45,138 bases of DNA, taken from positions 1 through 45,138 of IMG/VR virus record IMGVR_UViG_3300032318_001140; one strand, given 5' to 3'. A program made the translations under genes and the position numbers. Source of the stretch: a virus (taxonomy: Duplodnaviria; Caudoviricetes). Of the stretch, positions 35,892 to 44,861 are shown piece after piece. Under the pieces are notes generated by a model. That model saw only the letters and a list, made by a program, of their open reading frames with translations. It made no database searches and was not told where the DNA came from. The number at the start of each line of letters is the position of its first letter. The stretch's first letter is position 1.

Positions 35892-36182
35892 ATGAGCGAA
35901 GAATTTACAGTTGATAAAGAAAAGGAAAGTTTATTACAAAGGGTGAGGAAATGTCACTATTTCGATAATCTTGTAGACGTAGAATATATAATAGCCGAAG
36001 CAATAAGGAAATTTAAAGAAGATAAAGAATTTATCAACAAGCTAAACGAATACCGTGAGGATCTTAAAATAAAAAACTTTCATAATTCCCTCGGGGATAA
36101 TGCTGGGGGCTTTCATCTTTTTATGCTTAAGTTTAGAGAGAAACTTATAGAGGATATTACTGGAGTTAAGAAGGAGGTCTAG
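35892..36182 (+). CDS. Hypothetical protein (96 aa)
   Basis: TGGTATATT 35863-35871 and AAGGA upstream. Confidence 0.7.
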   Translation: MSEEFTVDKEKESLLQRVRKCHYFDNLVDVEYIIAEAIRKFKEDKEFINKLNEYREDLKIKNFHNSLGDNAGGFHLFMLKFREKLIEDITGVKKEV

Positions 36183-37127
36183 ATGGCAAGACGATCTAAA
36201 TACTTAACACTAAAAAACATAATAGATAAAACTTATTTAGAAGTTTACAAGATTCCTGTAGCCTTCCATGCAAGAAACTTTCAACAAGTTAAGGATGCTT
36301 ATAATTTTTTAAGTAAAGCTACTAACATAGACATGGAAGACTTCGTTAGGTTTTCTATGGAGAATTGGGTCGTAATCATGAGTAGAGTCGCATCTACTTC
36401 TACTAGAGAGCAAGAATGTATGAAGACTTTTCATATAGGCTATTTCACAGCGGCCTTGGAACAGTTCTTAGTTATTTACGCAGATAGAAAAGATTTAATA
36501 GGGTATATTGCAGGAGACTTTAGACATAACGAAGTAGTAGATTTAGTTCGCAAAGGATTAAGTAAAGAGGATGCTGAAAAGAAAGTAGAGGCTAAATACA
36601 ATACAGAAAAACCTAAAGCCAACCCCATTGAGGTAGAAAAATTAATTAAGGAAAATGCTAAACTAAAAGAGCAGATGAGTAACCTACTAGCATCTATGCA
36701 GAATCGCCAAACAAAAGATAAAGAAGAAATGGATAGATTAACTACAGAGATACGTGAGCTTAAGGATGTAGTGCAGAAATATAGAACTGGTCAATTACTG
36801 CCTACTCTTAACAGGTTAGATTATTCTTTACCTCAGATAGGGGATAGGCCGTCCCCGATAGGACTGAATATGTATCCTAACTTAGAACTAAATATGTACC
36901 CTGACTCAGGGGAGAATGTGTATCCTAAATTAGAGAACATTTCTAACAATCTTATTGCAGCTTGGAAAAAGTCCGAAGACTCAGCAGACATATTTAGTAA
37001 CTGGCACGAAGCAGATGAAGCTAGAAGAGAAGAGATCAGGAAGACTAGGCAGTACATTACACAGCATGAAATGTATGAAGGTTTCTGGGGATTGTTAGAC
37101 TCTAGTAAAAAGGAAGCTTCTAGCTAA
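36183..37127 (+). CDS. Hypothetical protein, possible replication initiator
   Basis: AAGGAGG SD; ORF track starts at 36183 but the ATG appears at 36183-36185 directly after the upstream stop. Sits upstream of loader and helicase; coiled coil; internal 24-bp repeats. Function inferred from position only. Confidence 0.55.
   Translation: MARRSKYLTLKNIIDKTYLEVYKIPVAFHARNFQQVKDAYNFLSKATNIDMEDFVRFSMENWVVIMSRVASTSTREQECMKTFHIGYFTAALEQFLVIYADRKDLIGYIAGDFRHNEVVDLVRKGLSKEDAEKKVEAKYNTEKPKANPIEVEKLIKENAKLKEQMSNLLASMQNRQTKDKEEMDRLTTEIRELKDVVQKYRTGQLLPTLNRLDYSLPQIGDRPSPIGLNMYPNLELNMYPDSGENVYPKLENISNNLIAAWKKSEDSADIFSNWHEADEARREEIRKTRQYITQHEMYEGFWGLLDSSKKEASS
36864..36935 (+). repeat. 3 x 24-bp imperfect tandem repeat
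   Basis: CTGAATATGTATCCTAACTTAGAA / CTAAATATGTACCCTGACTCAGGG / GAGAATGTGTATCCTAAATTAGAG. Confidence 0.85.
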
Positions 37128-37137
37128 AAGGGAAACG

Positions 37138-37683
37138 ATGACCTTGAATAAACAGCAACACCGACTCAAAAAGAGTATAGGTATAAATGTAAACACCTCT
37201 AGAAACTTTGCTGATTATGGAGCAGACGGTGAGAAGGTTCGTGTTTTCCTAAGACAGCTTATGGAGAATCCAGATATACTTTTTCCAGGTAAGATCTACG
37301 CAATACAGACTGACGAAGTAGAACTGTATCAGAAAGCTTTATTCCTAATAGCTCAAATACTCAATAAAGTAAATCGCATAGACTACTGTAAAATGATTTC
37401 TGTAAATGATATAGTCTCAGGCGAATATACTATCAACTCCATTACCGTAAGAGAGGAGTTAGGCAAGAACCATGTACTTGGAGTTATGGATATGTTTGAT
37501 GCAGCTAAAGAAAACATAGAGTATATCTCTAGGATACAAAACTTTTTTTCTAAATGGTTAACTGAAGGTAAGAGCTTAGTTTTACTAACTGATAAAAACC
37601 CAAGATTAGAGATAGAGGCAAGCCCATACTATAAATGGTTCCAGTCTGTGCTAAAATCTAATCTCATAGGAGGCTTAATTTGA
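37138..37683 (+). CDS. Degenerate DnaC/IstB-like helicase loader (no Walker A)
   Basis: Directly before DnaB; HVLGVMDM (Walker-B-like) and GKSLVLLT segments; no GxxxxGK. Confidence 0.5.
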   Translation: MTLNKQQHRLKKSIGINVNTSRNFADYGADGEKVRVFLRQLMENPDILFPGKIYAIQTDEVELYQKALFLIAQILNKVNRIDYCKMISVNDIVSGEYTINSITVREELGKNHVLGVMDMFDAAKENIEYISRIQNFFSKWLTEGKSLVLLTDKNPRLEIEASPYYKWFQSVLKSNLIGGLI

Positions 37684-38954
37684 GTTTAGGATTAATTCTA
37701 ATCAGCAAAGTAGTTAGAGAAAAAGATATTGCTATTTTAACTAGCATAAATACAAAGCTTCTATGGGAAGAAGAATTAAAGATATTCGAGCCTGTAAGAG
37801 ATTTCTTTAATCGTTATAGAATAATTCCAGACGAGGAGTTTTTAAGAACTGAATATAAAATAGTATTAGCTCAAGAAGCTATATGCACGCAACCTTGCGA
37901 TTACTACGTGGAGAAATTACGAGATAGATTTGCTAGAGATTCTATAGCGACTTTACTAGAGAGAAAAGATACTTTACTAACTAAGTCTTGCTCAGATATG
38001 GCAGATTTAATTTTTGGTGTTTACTCTGAATTAACTACACTAAGCGACAAGAACTATTACTCGGATATGGCTGATAACCTAGCTAAGGCTGAACGCAGAA
38101 TATATGAAAATAGAACAGGGGCATCTAGAGGTATTCCTATGGGGTTTGGGGAGGTAGACGAGATGCTACTAGGGCTCAGAAAGACTGACCTGATAACATT
38201 ATCTGCACCTTCAGGAGAAGGTAAATCTTGGATGATTCTACACTGCTTATTAACTGCACAAAATGCAGGGTATAAAACGATGTATATAAACATGGAGATG
38301 GATGATGATGAATCCTCTGATAGGATGTTAGCAATGCTCACTCAGATTAATGCAGATTATATAATGACAGGAGAACTTAACTACAAAGGTTTAGAGGCTG
38401 TAAAAGAAGCTGTAGCTAAAGCTAAAGAGAAACCACAAATGATATTTGTAGACGGTAATCTAAGCTACAGTATAAACGATCTACTAGCTGCTATTCACTT
38501 CTATAAACCAGATGTTATTTTTATAGACGGTGTGTACCTAATGAATGACGGTACTACTGGCTGGAATGGTTCTATGTATGAGAAGCAAAAAGCCGTTATA
38601 GAAAAACTTAAACAAGCAAATAAAAAATATAAGATTCCCATAATGATGTCTACACAGAACGTATCTGCTAAGGCTCAAAAGAAAGAAGCTAGTAAAGCTA
38701 ATATATCTGGGGGAGCTGACATTATAAATGCTTCTTCTGTAGTAATAGAGATAAGAGCTTACGAGAGCGATAATAATTTTTACGAAATGACTATAGTTAA
38801 AGTGCGAAGAAACGCACCAGAAGAGAAAAGAAAGTGGTTAATGCGAAGGGATATGAGCATACATAAATTTGAATTTGCAGGATTTATCACAGAAGGTGGT
38901 AATCTAAGTAATAGCTTCACTTATGAAGATATAGATTTAAAGGAGTTAATGTGA
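37680..38954 (+). CDS. dnaB: Replicative DNA helicase (DnaB family)
   Basis: GIPMGF..VD, APSGEGKS, NMEM, IFIDGVYLM, STQ, IVKVR. Confidence 0.92.
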   Translation: MSLGLILISKVVREKDIAILTSINTKLLWEEELKIFEPVRDFFNRYRIIPDEEFLRTEYKIVLAQEAICTQPCDYYVEKLRDRFARDSIATLLERKDTLLTKSCSDMADLIFGVYSELTTLSDKNYYSDMADNLAKAERRIYENRTGASRGIPMGFGEVDEMLLGLRKTDLITLSAPSGEGKSWMILHCLLTAQNAGYKTMYINMEMDDDESSDRMLAMLTQINADYIMTGELNYKGLEAVKEAVAKAKEKPQMIFVDGNLSYSINDLLAAIHFYKPDVIFIDGVYLMNDGTTGWNGSMYEKQKAVIEKLKQANKKYKIPIMMSTQNVSAKAQKKEASKANISGGADIINASSVVIEIRAYESDNNFYEMTIVKVRRNAPEEKRKWLMRRDMSIHKFEFAGFITEGGNLSNSFTYEDIDLKELM

Positions 38955-41900
38955 AAGTATCAGGAAATAGAGTATGTGATGTTTTAGTTATACTAGAGCC
39001 TTCTAATCAGTCAGTGTCAGAATTTGTGGTTAGCGAGTCTGGTAAGATACTTACTTCTACCTTAAAGGAGGCTGGTGTAAATCTATCTAGAGTTTCTTTT
39101 ATAATCCCAGCTCCCGAAATACCTAGAGATATTAAGAAGATAGAAAAAGCAGCTAAAGAATTTGTACTAGCTCGTAGAGTTGAATTTATAAAAATATTTA
39201 ACACATTCAAACCTAAAGCTTTATTGTATGTGGCTAAGTATGCTGCACTGCAAGTTTTTGGAAGATCTGTAAAGGCTGGTGATTTTGAGGGGATTATTCG
39301 TAAAGTCCATACTCACGATTATCCTATAGTAGGATGTACCAGTATAAGAAACGCAGCATTATACAAAGACTCTATCTCTTTAGTGAAAGCTCAAATAATG
39401 ATGCTTAAAAAGCTTGTAGAGAATAATTATGAGTACAACGAAGAATTATTTAAGTTTGAGAATACCTACGAGTGGAGAGTAGACATATCTGATGTACTAA
39501 AGAATAAACCAAAGACAATAGCTTTTGACACAGAGACTACTGGCCTTGACTGGAAAGTAGATAGGCCTATAGTTTACCAAATGACTTTTGCTGAAGGACA
39601 TTCTATACTCAGCCCTGTTTGTGAGAGCTACTTTCCAGAATACTTTAAGGAAACCTTTGGTGACTTTAGCTACGATGCTCTAAGGGATCAGTGGAAGCAG
39701 ATAATAGAAGATCCAGAAATTAGGAAAGTAGGACACAACATAAAATTTGATATGCACATGGCCTTAAACTTAGGACATAGATTAAAGGGGTTATATATAG
39801 ACACATTGCAAATGCTTTGGTCTATAGACGAGAATATGCCTTCTAAAGGTTTAGATAACGCAGTTAAAATATTCGTACCTGAGCTTGCTGGGTATGCAGA
39901 TAATTTTAATAGAGAGACGGATAAAGGGCAAATGATAACCGTGCACCCTAGAGATATGATAGACTATGCAGGAGGAGATACAGATGCTACTTTTAGATTA
40001 TGTAAGACCTTGATAAAGATCGCCAAAGAAGATCCAAGTAATTTAAAAGTATTCAGTAAAGTTAAGATGCGAGCTATAGAAACCTTTTTCGACATGGAAC
40101 GTACTGGAATTAGAGTAGATGTAAATTACTTTGATAGCATATCTAAGGAATACTTAAAACATTTAAAAGAGGAAAGTGTAGAAATAATTAAATTAGTTCC
40201 TCCGAAAATAAGACGTAAATATATGTTCGGTAAGAAGTCTGAGACTAAAGAGCCTTTAAGGTTAGGGAATAGAGAAATGATGAGAGATGCTATATTTTCA
40301 GAAGATGGGCTAGGGATAATTCCTATTCCAGATAAAGGCTATGAGCCTTCTAGTAAAACTAAAGAAGTAAAAATTCCTTCTATTGCAGTTAATACACATT
40401 TAAAGTTCTTTAAAGAGCAAGGCTATGAGCTAATAGATAGATACTGCGACTACGCTAAAATCTCCAAGATGAGTGATACCTATACTGGCGACAGAGAGAA
40501 GTTAACAGGGCTATGGCAGCACATTAAGTTTAATGAGGAGACAGGGGAATACAGAATCCATCCCACGTACGATATTCACACCAACACTGGCAGATGCCTA
40601 ACTGGAGATACTTTAGTAACTGTTAAACAGGGCAGAAAGACTACTACTAAAAGACTAGATCAAATAGTTGTAGGAGATTTGACCCTAACGCACAAGCAAC
40701 GATACATGCCTGTAACTAAGATTTTTAAGAACAGCAAGAAAGAAGTTTATGGAGTTTGTTTAGATAACGGATCTGTAATCAGAGGAACTCTGAAACATAA
40801 GCTCATGTTAGAGTCTGGAGAGTTTAAGCAAATTCAGCACCTAGACTACACAGATAGATTAATGACTTACACGGATGGGGAGTTTAAAGGATCTAAAATA
40901 AATTCATTCTTTTACAAAAAGAATGATCTAGTAGAAACCTTTGATATAGAAGTAGAGGAAGATCATAGTTATGTAGCTAACGGAATAGTGTCTCATAACT
41001 CCAACTGCAAAAGACCTAACATGCAGAACCCACCTTCCAAAGGAGATTTAGCAGTACAGTTTAAGAAGAGTATTATAACTTCTGATGGATTCGTTTTACT
41101 TGCAGCAGATTATTCTCAAATGGAGCTTCGCTGTATAGCTATAGCTGCTAAGGAGAAGATCATGCAGCAGATCTATAACGAAGGACTAGATATACATGCT
41201 AAAACCGCAGCAGAAGTTTTATTAAAAATAACATTAGAAGAGTTCAGGAACATAGACTCTAAATTAAGAAAGGTATTAAGAAATAAGGCTAAGGCTATTA
41301 TATTTGGATTCATGTATGGATTACTACCTAAAGGATTTGTAGTGTATGCTAAATTACTTTATGATGCAGACTTTACGCTAGAAGAAGCCGAGATAATTAG
41401 GGAGACTTTGCTAACTCAGACCTACCCAGGATTACAACAATGGCATACAGACACCAAAGAGTTTGCTAACGAGCATGGCTACGTTAAAGCTCTTCACGGA
41501 AGTACTAGACACTTACCAGCTATACACTCACACGATAAGTGGGTTAAGCTAGAGGCAGAGCGTTACTGTATCAATAGCCCGATACAAGAATTTGGCAGCG
41601 ACATGGGATTAATGGCATTTGATTACATCATGAAAGACATGAGCAGAGATAATATAAGACCTATAAACTTCATCCATGATGCGTTATATTTTGAGGTGAG
41701 AAAAGAGCTAGCTGTAGAATATGCAAGTTACGTCAAATGGTACATGGAGAATGTTCCTATTGCTAGAGACTTTGGCATAGTATCACCTATTCCTTTTGTG
41801 GCAGATCCAGACTTAGGAGTTAATTGGGCTGAGGTGTTTACCTTAGCAGAGTTAGAATTAGAAACTAAAGATAAAAATAAAGATTTTAAATTATTCTGCA

Positions 41901-42001
41901 AAGAGTTTAATGTAACCAAAGAGCAAGCAGCTAAGTATTTCTGCTATAATAAAAATGACATAAAAATGGTAGCAACAAGACCAGATTTCTGTACTATCTA
42001 G
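38951..42001 (+). CDS. polA: Family A DNA polymerase with N-terminal UDG-like domain, 3'-5' exonuclease and mini-intein
   Basis: Exonuclease motifs FDTETTGL, GHNIKFD, YAGGD; polymerase motifs ADYSQMELR, RNKAKAIIFGFMYG, NSPIQ, IHDAL. Confidence 0.95.
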   Translation: MKVSGNRVCDVLVILEPSNQSVSEFVVSESGKILTSTLKEAGVNLSRVSFIIPAPEIPRDIKKIEKAAKEFVLARRVEFIKIFNTFKPKALLYVAKYAALQVFGRSVKAGDFEGIIRKVHTHDYPIVGCTSIRNAALYKDSISLVKAQIMMLKKLVENNYEYNEELFKFENTYEWRVDISDVLKNKPKTIAFDTETTGLDWKVDRPIVYQMTFAEGHSILSPVCESYFPEYFKETFGDFSYDALRDQWKQIIEDPEIRKVGHNIKFDMHMALNLGHRLKGLYIDTLQMLWSIDENMPSKGLDNAVKIFVPELAGYADNFNRETDKGQMITVHPRDMIDYAGGDTDATFRLCKTLIKIAKEDPSNLKVFSKVKMRAIETFFDMERTGIRVDVNYFDSISKEYLKHLKEESVEIIKLVPPKIRRKYMFGKKSETKEPLRLGNREMMRDAIFSEDGLGIIPIPDKGYEPSSKTKEVKIPSIAVNTHLKFFKEQGYELIDRYCDYAKISKMSDTYTGDREKLTGLWQHIKFNEETGEYRIHPTYDIHTNTGRCLTGDTLVTVKQGRKTTTKRLDQIVVGDLTLTHKQRYMPVTKIFKNSKKEVYGVCLDNGSVIRGTLKHKLMLESGEFKQIQHLDYTDRLMTYTDGEFKGSKINSFFYKKNDLVETFDIEVEEDHSYVANGIVSHNSNCKRPNMQNPPSKGDLAVQFKKSIITSDGFVLLAADYSQMELRCIAIAAKEKIMQQIYNEGLDIHAKTAAEVLLKITLEEFRNIDSKLRKVLRNKAKAIIFGFMYGLLPKGFVVYAKLLYDADFTLEEAEIIRETLLTQTYPGLQQWHTDTKEFANEHGYVKALHGSTRHLPAIHSHDKWVKLEAERYCINSPIQEFGSDMGLMAFDYIMKDMSRDNIRPINFIHDALYFEVRKELAVEYASYVKWYMENVPIARDFGIVSPIPFVADPDLGVNWAEVFTLAELELETKDKNKDFKLFCKEFNVTKEQAAKYFCYNKNDIKMVATRPDFCTI
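40595..40999 (+). mobile_element. Mini-intein (135 aa, no homing endonuclease)
   Basis: TGR|CLTGDTLV ... TLKH ... FDIEVEEDHSYVANGIVSHN|S. Confidence 0.95.
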
Positions 42002-42010
42002 GAGACAAGC

Positions 42011-42478
42011 ATGGAAGAATTAGAGTTTGATGAATTTGACGAAGTAGAAGTTACTTCTAAAGTAGACTTAAAGGTTGAGGAAGAGCTTAAAGCTTTAGCT
42101 CTTACTTACAATAAAACAAGAGTAGAGCGTTTAGCATTAGACAAAGAGTCTACGAGACTGAAGAAAGTTGAGGAGAGTCTCAAGGATATGATCGCAGAGC
42201 TATTTCCTAAACTAGGTAAATCTAGATTTTCTCATGCAGGTGTTATGGTTTCTTCTGCGGATAAAGAAGAGCAAGTCATAGGACTTAAGCCATTACTACG
42301 AATGGTTTCTGGAATTAAGACAGGCAAAATTACTCTTACTGATGAAGATATAGCAACCTTAGAAGAGTATATTAAGGTAACTAAAGGTAACGTAGAGAAA
42401 GGTTTTACTAAACAAGAAGTAAACGAAATGACTGTAGTTAATAAACTAGGTAAAAAACTGGATATTAAGGCAAAATGA
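42011..42478 (+). CDS. Hypothetical protein (155 aa)
   Basis: AGGAG SD; N-terminal coiled coil. Confidence 0.75.
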   Translation: MEELEFDEFDEVEVTSKVDLKVEEELKALALTYNKTRVERLALDKESTRLKKVEESLKDMIAELFPKLGKSRFSHAGVMVSSADKEEQVIGLKPLLRMVSGIKTGKITLTDEDIATLEEYIKVTKGNVEKGFTKQEVNEMTVVNKLGKKLDIKAK

Positions 42479-43560
42479 GTTATTCGTCTATAGCTAAAGC
42501 ACTGGAACTATCTAACGCAGTAGCTACAGAAGTAGGTGTTAAAGCAAGCTGCCCACTAGCTCCTTGGACTCATGGCAGTGGCACTGATTCAAGACCCTCT
42601 TTTAGCGTCAATGCCTACAAAGGTAAGTACTGGTATGGGTGCAGAGCTTGTAATCACACTGGTACTATAGATGAACTGTTAGAGAGATTGCATGGGTATA
42701 CTAAAGATATTAAGTATGTAAAGCTAATGCCCAAAATGGCTAGATTAGAAGCCTCTGATGAGTTAGAGATTCTACCAGAAGCTAAGATAATAGAGTTGAC
42801 AGAAGAATTATATAATATAGTTCCTCCAGTAACAGACTATAAAGTAGCAACGGATTATTGCAAGGCTAGAGGAATAAGCCCAGAGACTTGTGATAGATTA
42901 AATTTAGGATATCATCCAGAGAAAAAGAGAATAGTATTTAATATTTATAATTACAGAGGTAAACTCTTGGGTCATACTGGAAGATTTATTTTTAAGATTA
43001 CGGAAGAGTACAGAGCCAAAGTTCCAAAAATACTAACTACTGCTTTATCTGGAGTTAAGAAGACTCTGTTAGGAATACATAAAGTAGATAACTCTAAACC
43101 AGTTATCATAGTGGAAGGCTTATTTATGTATGCAAGATTGCATGAGTTTGGACTCGATGAAAAATATAATATCCTAGCAACTATGGGGACAGGGGTAACT
43201 AAAATACAAAGAGAGCTTTTAATCTCCTTAAGCCTACCTACATATATGATGTTAGATAATGATGACTCAGGAAATAGAGCTATGTTCTTAGGAACTAATA
43301 AACTGCCCCCATTAAAAGATATGTGCGAACACATGGTAGTATATAAAGTAACATACCCAGAAGGCATAAAAGATCCAGATGACTTAACAAAAGATCAAAT
43401 ATATGCTATGATTGATAGTGCAAGTGTTATTACGAACAAACCAAAAAGGAGAAAAATAAATGACATTCAACTTACAAGAGTTCAAGGAGAAATCCAAACA
43501 GGATCACATCCGAAAAGAAAAGGCGAAAGCTCTAAGCGATCAAAAATTCAACATAATTAA
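42475..43560 (+). CDS. dnaG: DNA primase (Zn finger plus TOPRIM)
   Basis: CPL...H...D.RPSF...CRAC; RGI; IVEG; LDNDDSG; KDPDDL. Confidence 0.9.
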   Translation: MSYSSIAKALELSNAVATEVGVKASCPLAPWTHGSGTDSRPSFSVNAYKGKYWYGCRACNHTGTIDELLERLHGYTKDIKYVKLMPKMARLEASDELEILPEAKIIELTEELYNIVPPVTDYKVATDYCKARGISPETCDRLNLGYHPEKKRIVFNIYNYRGKLLGHTGRFIFKITEEYRAKVPKILTTALSGVKKTLLGIHKVDNSKPVIIVEGLFMYARLHEFGLDEKYNILATMGTGVTKIQRELLISLSLPTYMMLDNDDSGNRAMFLGTNKLPPLKDMCEHMVVYKVTYPEGIKDPDDLTKDQIYAMIDSASVITNKPKRRKINDIQLTRVQGEIQTGSHPKRKGESSKRSKIQHN

Positions 43561-44644
43561 AAAGTATGGCAAAGATACTATAATTTTTAACAAAAATAGA
43601 GTAAGTATACCAGTAGGTAAAGATTTAGGTGTTATCATTCTGGATAGGGCAGTAGAGGATGTTTTATGGTATGCTGAGCATCCAGTAGAGCCTAATGGAG
43701 ATTTTACTAAGACTTACTATACTTCTTGCTTTGCTCCAGATCCAGGCATCGGGCAAAACTGCCCATTGTGCAAATCTCACGCACAAGGGATGAATGGAGT
43801 TGACTATGCTAGATTCATCTGTGGATTAACTGTGTTGCTAGTAGATAGAGTTGAGGGCGAGTTTGTACCAGTTCCTAATTATATTACTAAAGAGAAGCAG
43901 CCAGTCTACGGAAAGCAGTTATGGTCTGTTTACAACAAAGTTACTCAACACGCATTAATAGAGCTTCTTGAAGATGCTCAAGAAGAGCACGGCACTATCA
44001 GAGGACTTTATATTCCTCTTACTAGAGCAGAGAAGAAACATGCAAAGCATGGGAATTTGAGTACTTTAAAAGGTAAGGGCGGTATAGCTAAGACATACCA
44101 TTTCTTAGGAGCTAATACTGAAGCTGTTATTCAAAAAATAGCTAAGAAAATTCAGCCGACCCCTGCACTAGATAAAGACAATAAGCCATTAACTAGCGAG
44201 CTAGTAGCCGTACATGACTACAAGTGGGTTATGGAGCCTCTAAACTGCTACAAAGCAATGGCTGATAGATTGTCTTTTGAGGATGCAGTGAAGGCGTTTG
44301 ATCCAAACTATGTAGAAAAGATAGAGGAGAACAGTAAAGTAGAGGCTGATGATTTCTTTTCAGACGAAGAGGAGGAAGTTAGCTTAGACCTAGACCTAGA
44401 CGTAGCAGAGGAAGAGGTAGTAGCAGAAGCTCCAAAAGCAACAACTACTAGAACAGCAGGTGGTAGAGGTAGAAAGCTCAATTTAACTAAACCTTTAGTA
44501 GTAGAGAAAGAAGAAGACGACTTTGGAGATCTAGAGGAAGATGTTGAAGAAGAGATTGAGGAAGAACAACTGCAAGCTCCAGTAACTAAGAAAAAGAAAG
44601 TAGTAATAGAGGATGATGGATTCGATGAATTCGACCTTGAGTAA
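43460..44644 (+). CDS. Putative single-stranded DNA-binding / annealing protein
   Basis: EH...C...CPLC Zn motif; very acidic C-terminal tail ending FDEFDLE; located in the replication module. Confidence 0.6.
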   Translation: MTFNLQEFKEKSKQDHIRKEKAKALSDQKFNIIKKYGKDTIIFNKNRVSIPVGKDLGVIILDRAVEDVLWYAEHPVEPNGDFTKTYYTSCFAPDPGIGQNCPLCKSHAQGMNGVDYARFICGLTVLLVDRVEGEFVPVPNYITKEKQPVYGKQLWSVYNKVTQHALIELLEDAQEEHGTIRGLYIPLTRAEKKHAKHGNLSTLKGKGGIAKTYHFLGANTEAVIQKIAKKIQPTPALDKDNKPLTSELVAVHDYKWVMEPLNCYKAMADRLSFEDAVKAFDPNYVEKIEENSKVEADDFFSDEEEEVSLDLDLDVAEEEVVAEAPKATTTRTAGGRGRKLNLTKPLVVEKEEDDFGDLEEDVEEEIEEEQLQAPVTKKKKVVIEDDGFDEFDLE

Positions 44645-44861
44645 AATATTACCGATGCTATTACTGGCAGTAGTTTACTCCAGTGACGGTACAAAATTAG
44701 GGAATACCTACTTTAGTTCAGACGGAAATGTCACGAAGAAAGTAGGTAACACCTACTTTAACTCAGACGGTAGTTATACTACTCAAAGAGGAAACTTCTA
44801 CTATCACTCTGACGGAACTTACACACAGGTAATTCCCAACAACCCACAAATCAAAAAATGA
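44613..44861 (+). CDS. Small exported-type repeat protein
   Basis: Hydrophobic ILPMLLLAVV then 15-aa repeats GN(T/F)Y..SDG; true start probably TTG 44637 or the next in-frame ATG. Confidence 0.6.
   Translation: MMDSMNSTLSKILPMLLLAVVYSSDGTKLGNTYFSSDGNVTKKVGNTYFNSDGSYTTQRGNFYYHSDGTYTQVIPNNPQIKK

Noticed and set aside
40595-40999. Homing endonuclease or group I intron in polA
   Set aside because: The insertion is in frame, only 135 aa, has intein termini and no LAGLIDADG or HNH motifs.
1133-44694. Numerous ORF-track entries antisense to or nested within long genes (for example 1133-1318, 3180-3542, 4355-4585, 11870-12268, 24791-25198, 32701-32895, 44308-44694)
   Set aside because: Shadow frames of well-supported genes, low-complexity translations, no independent start signals.
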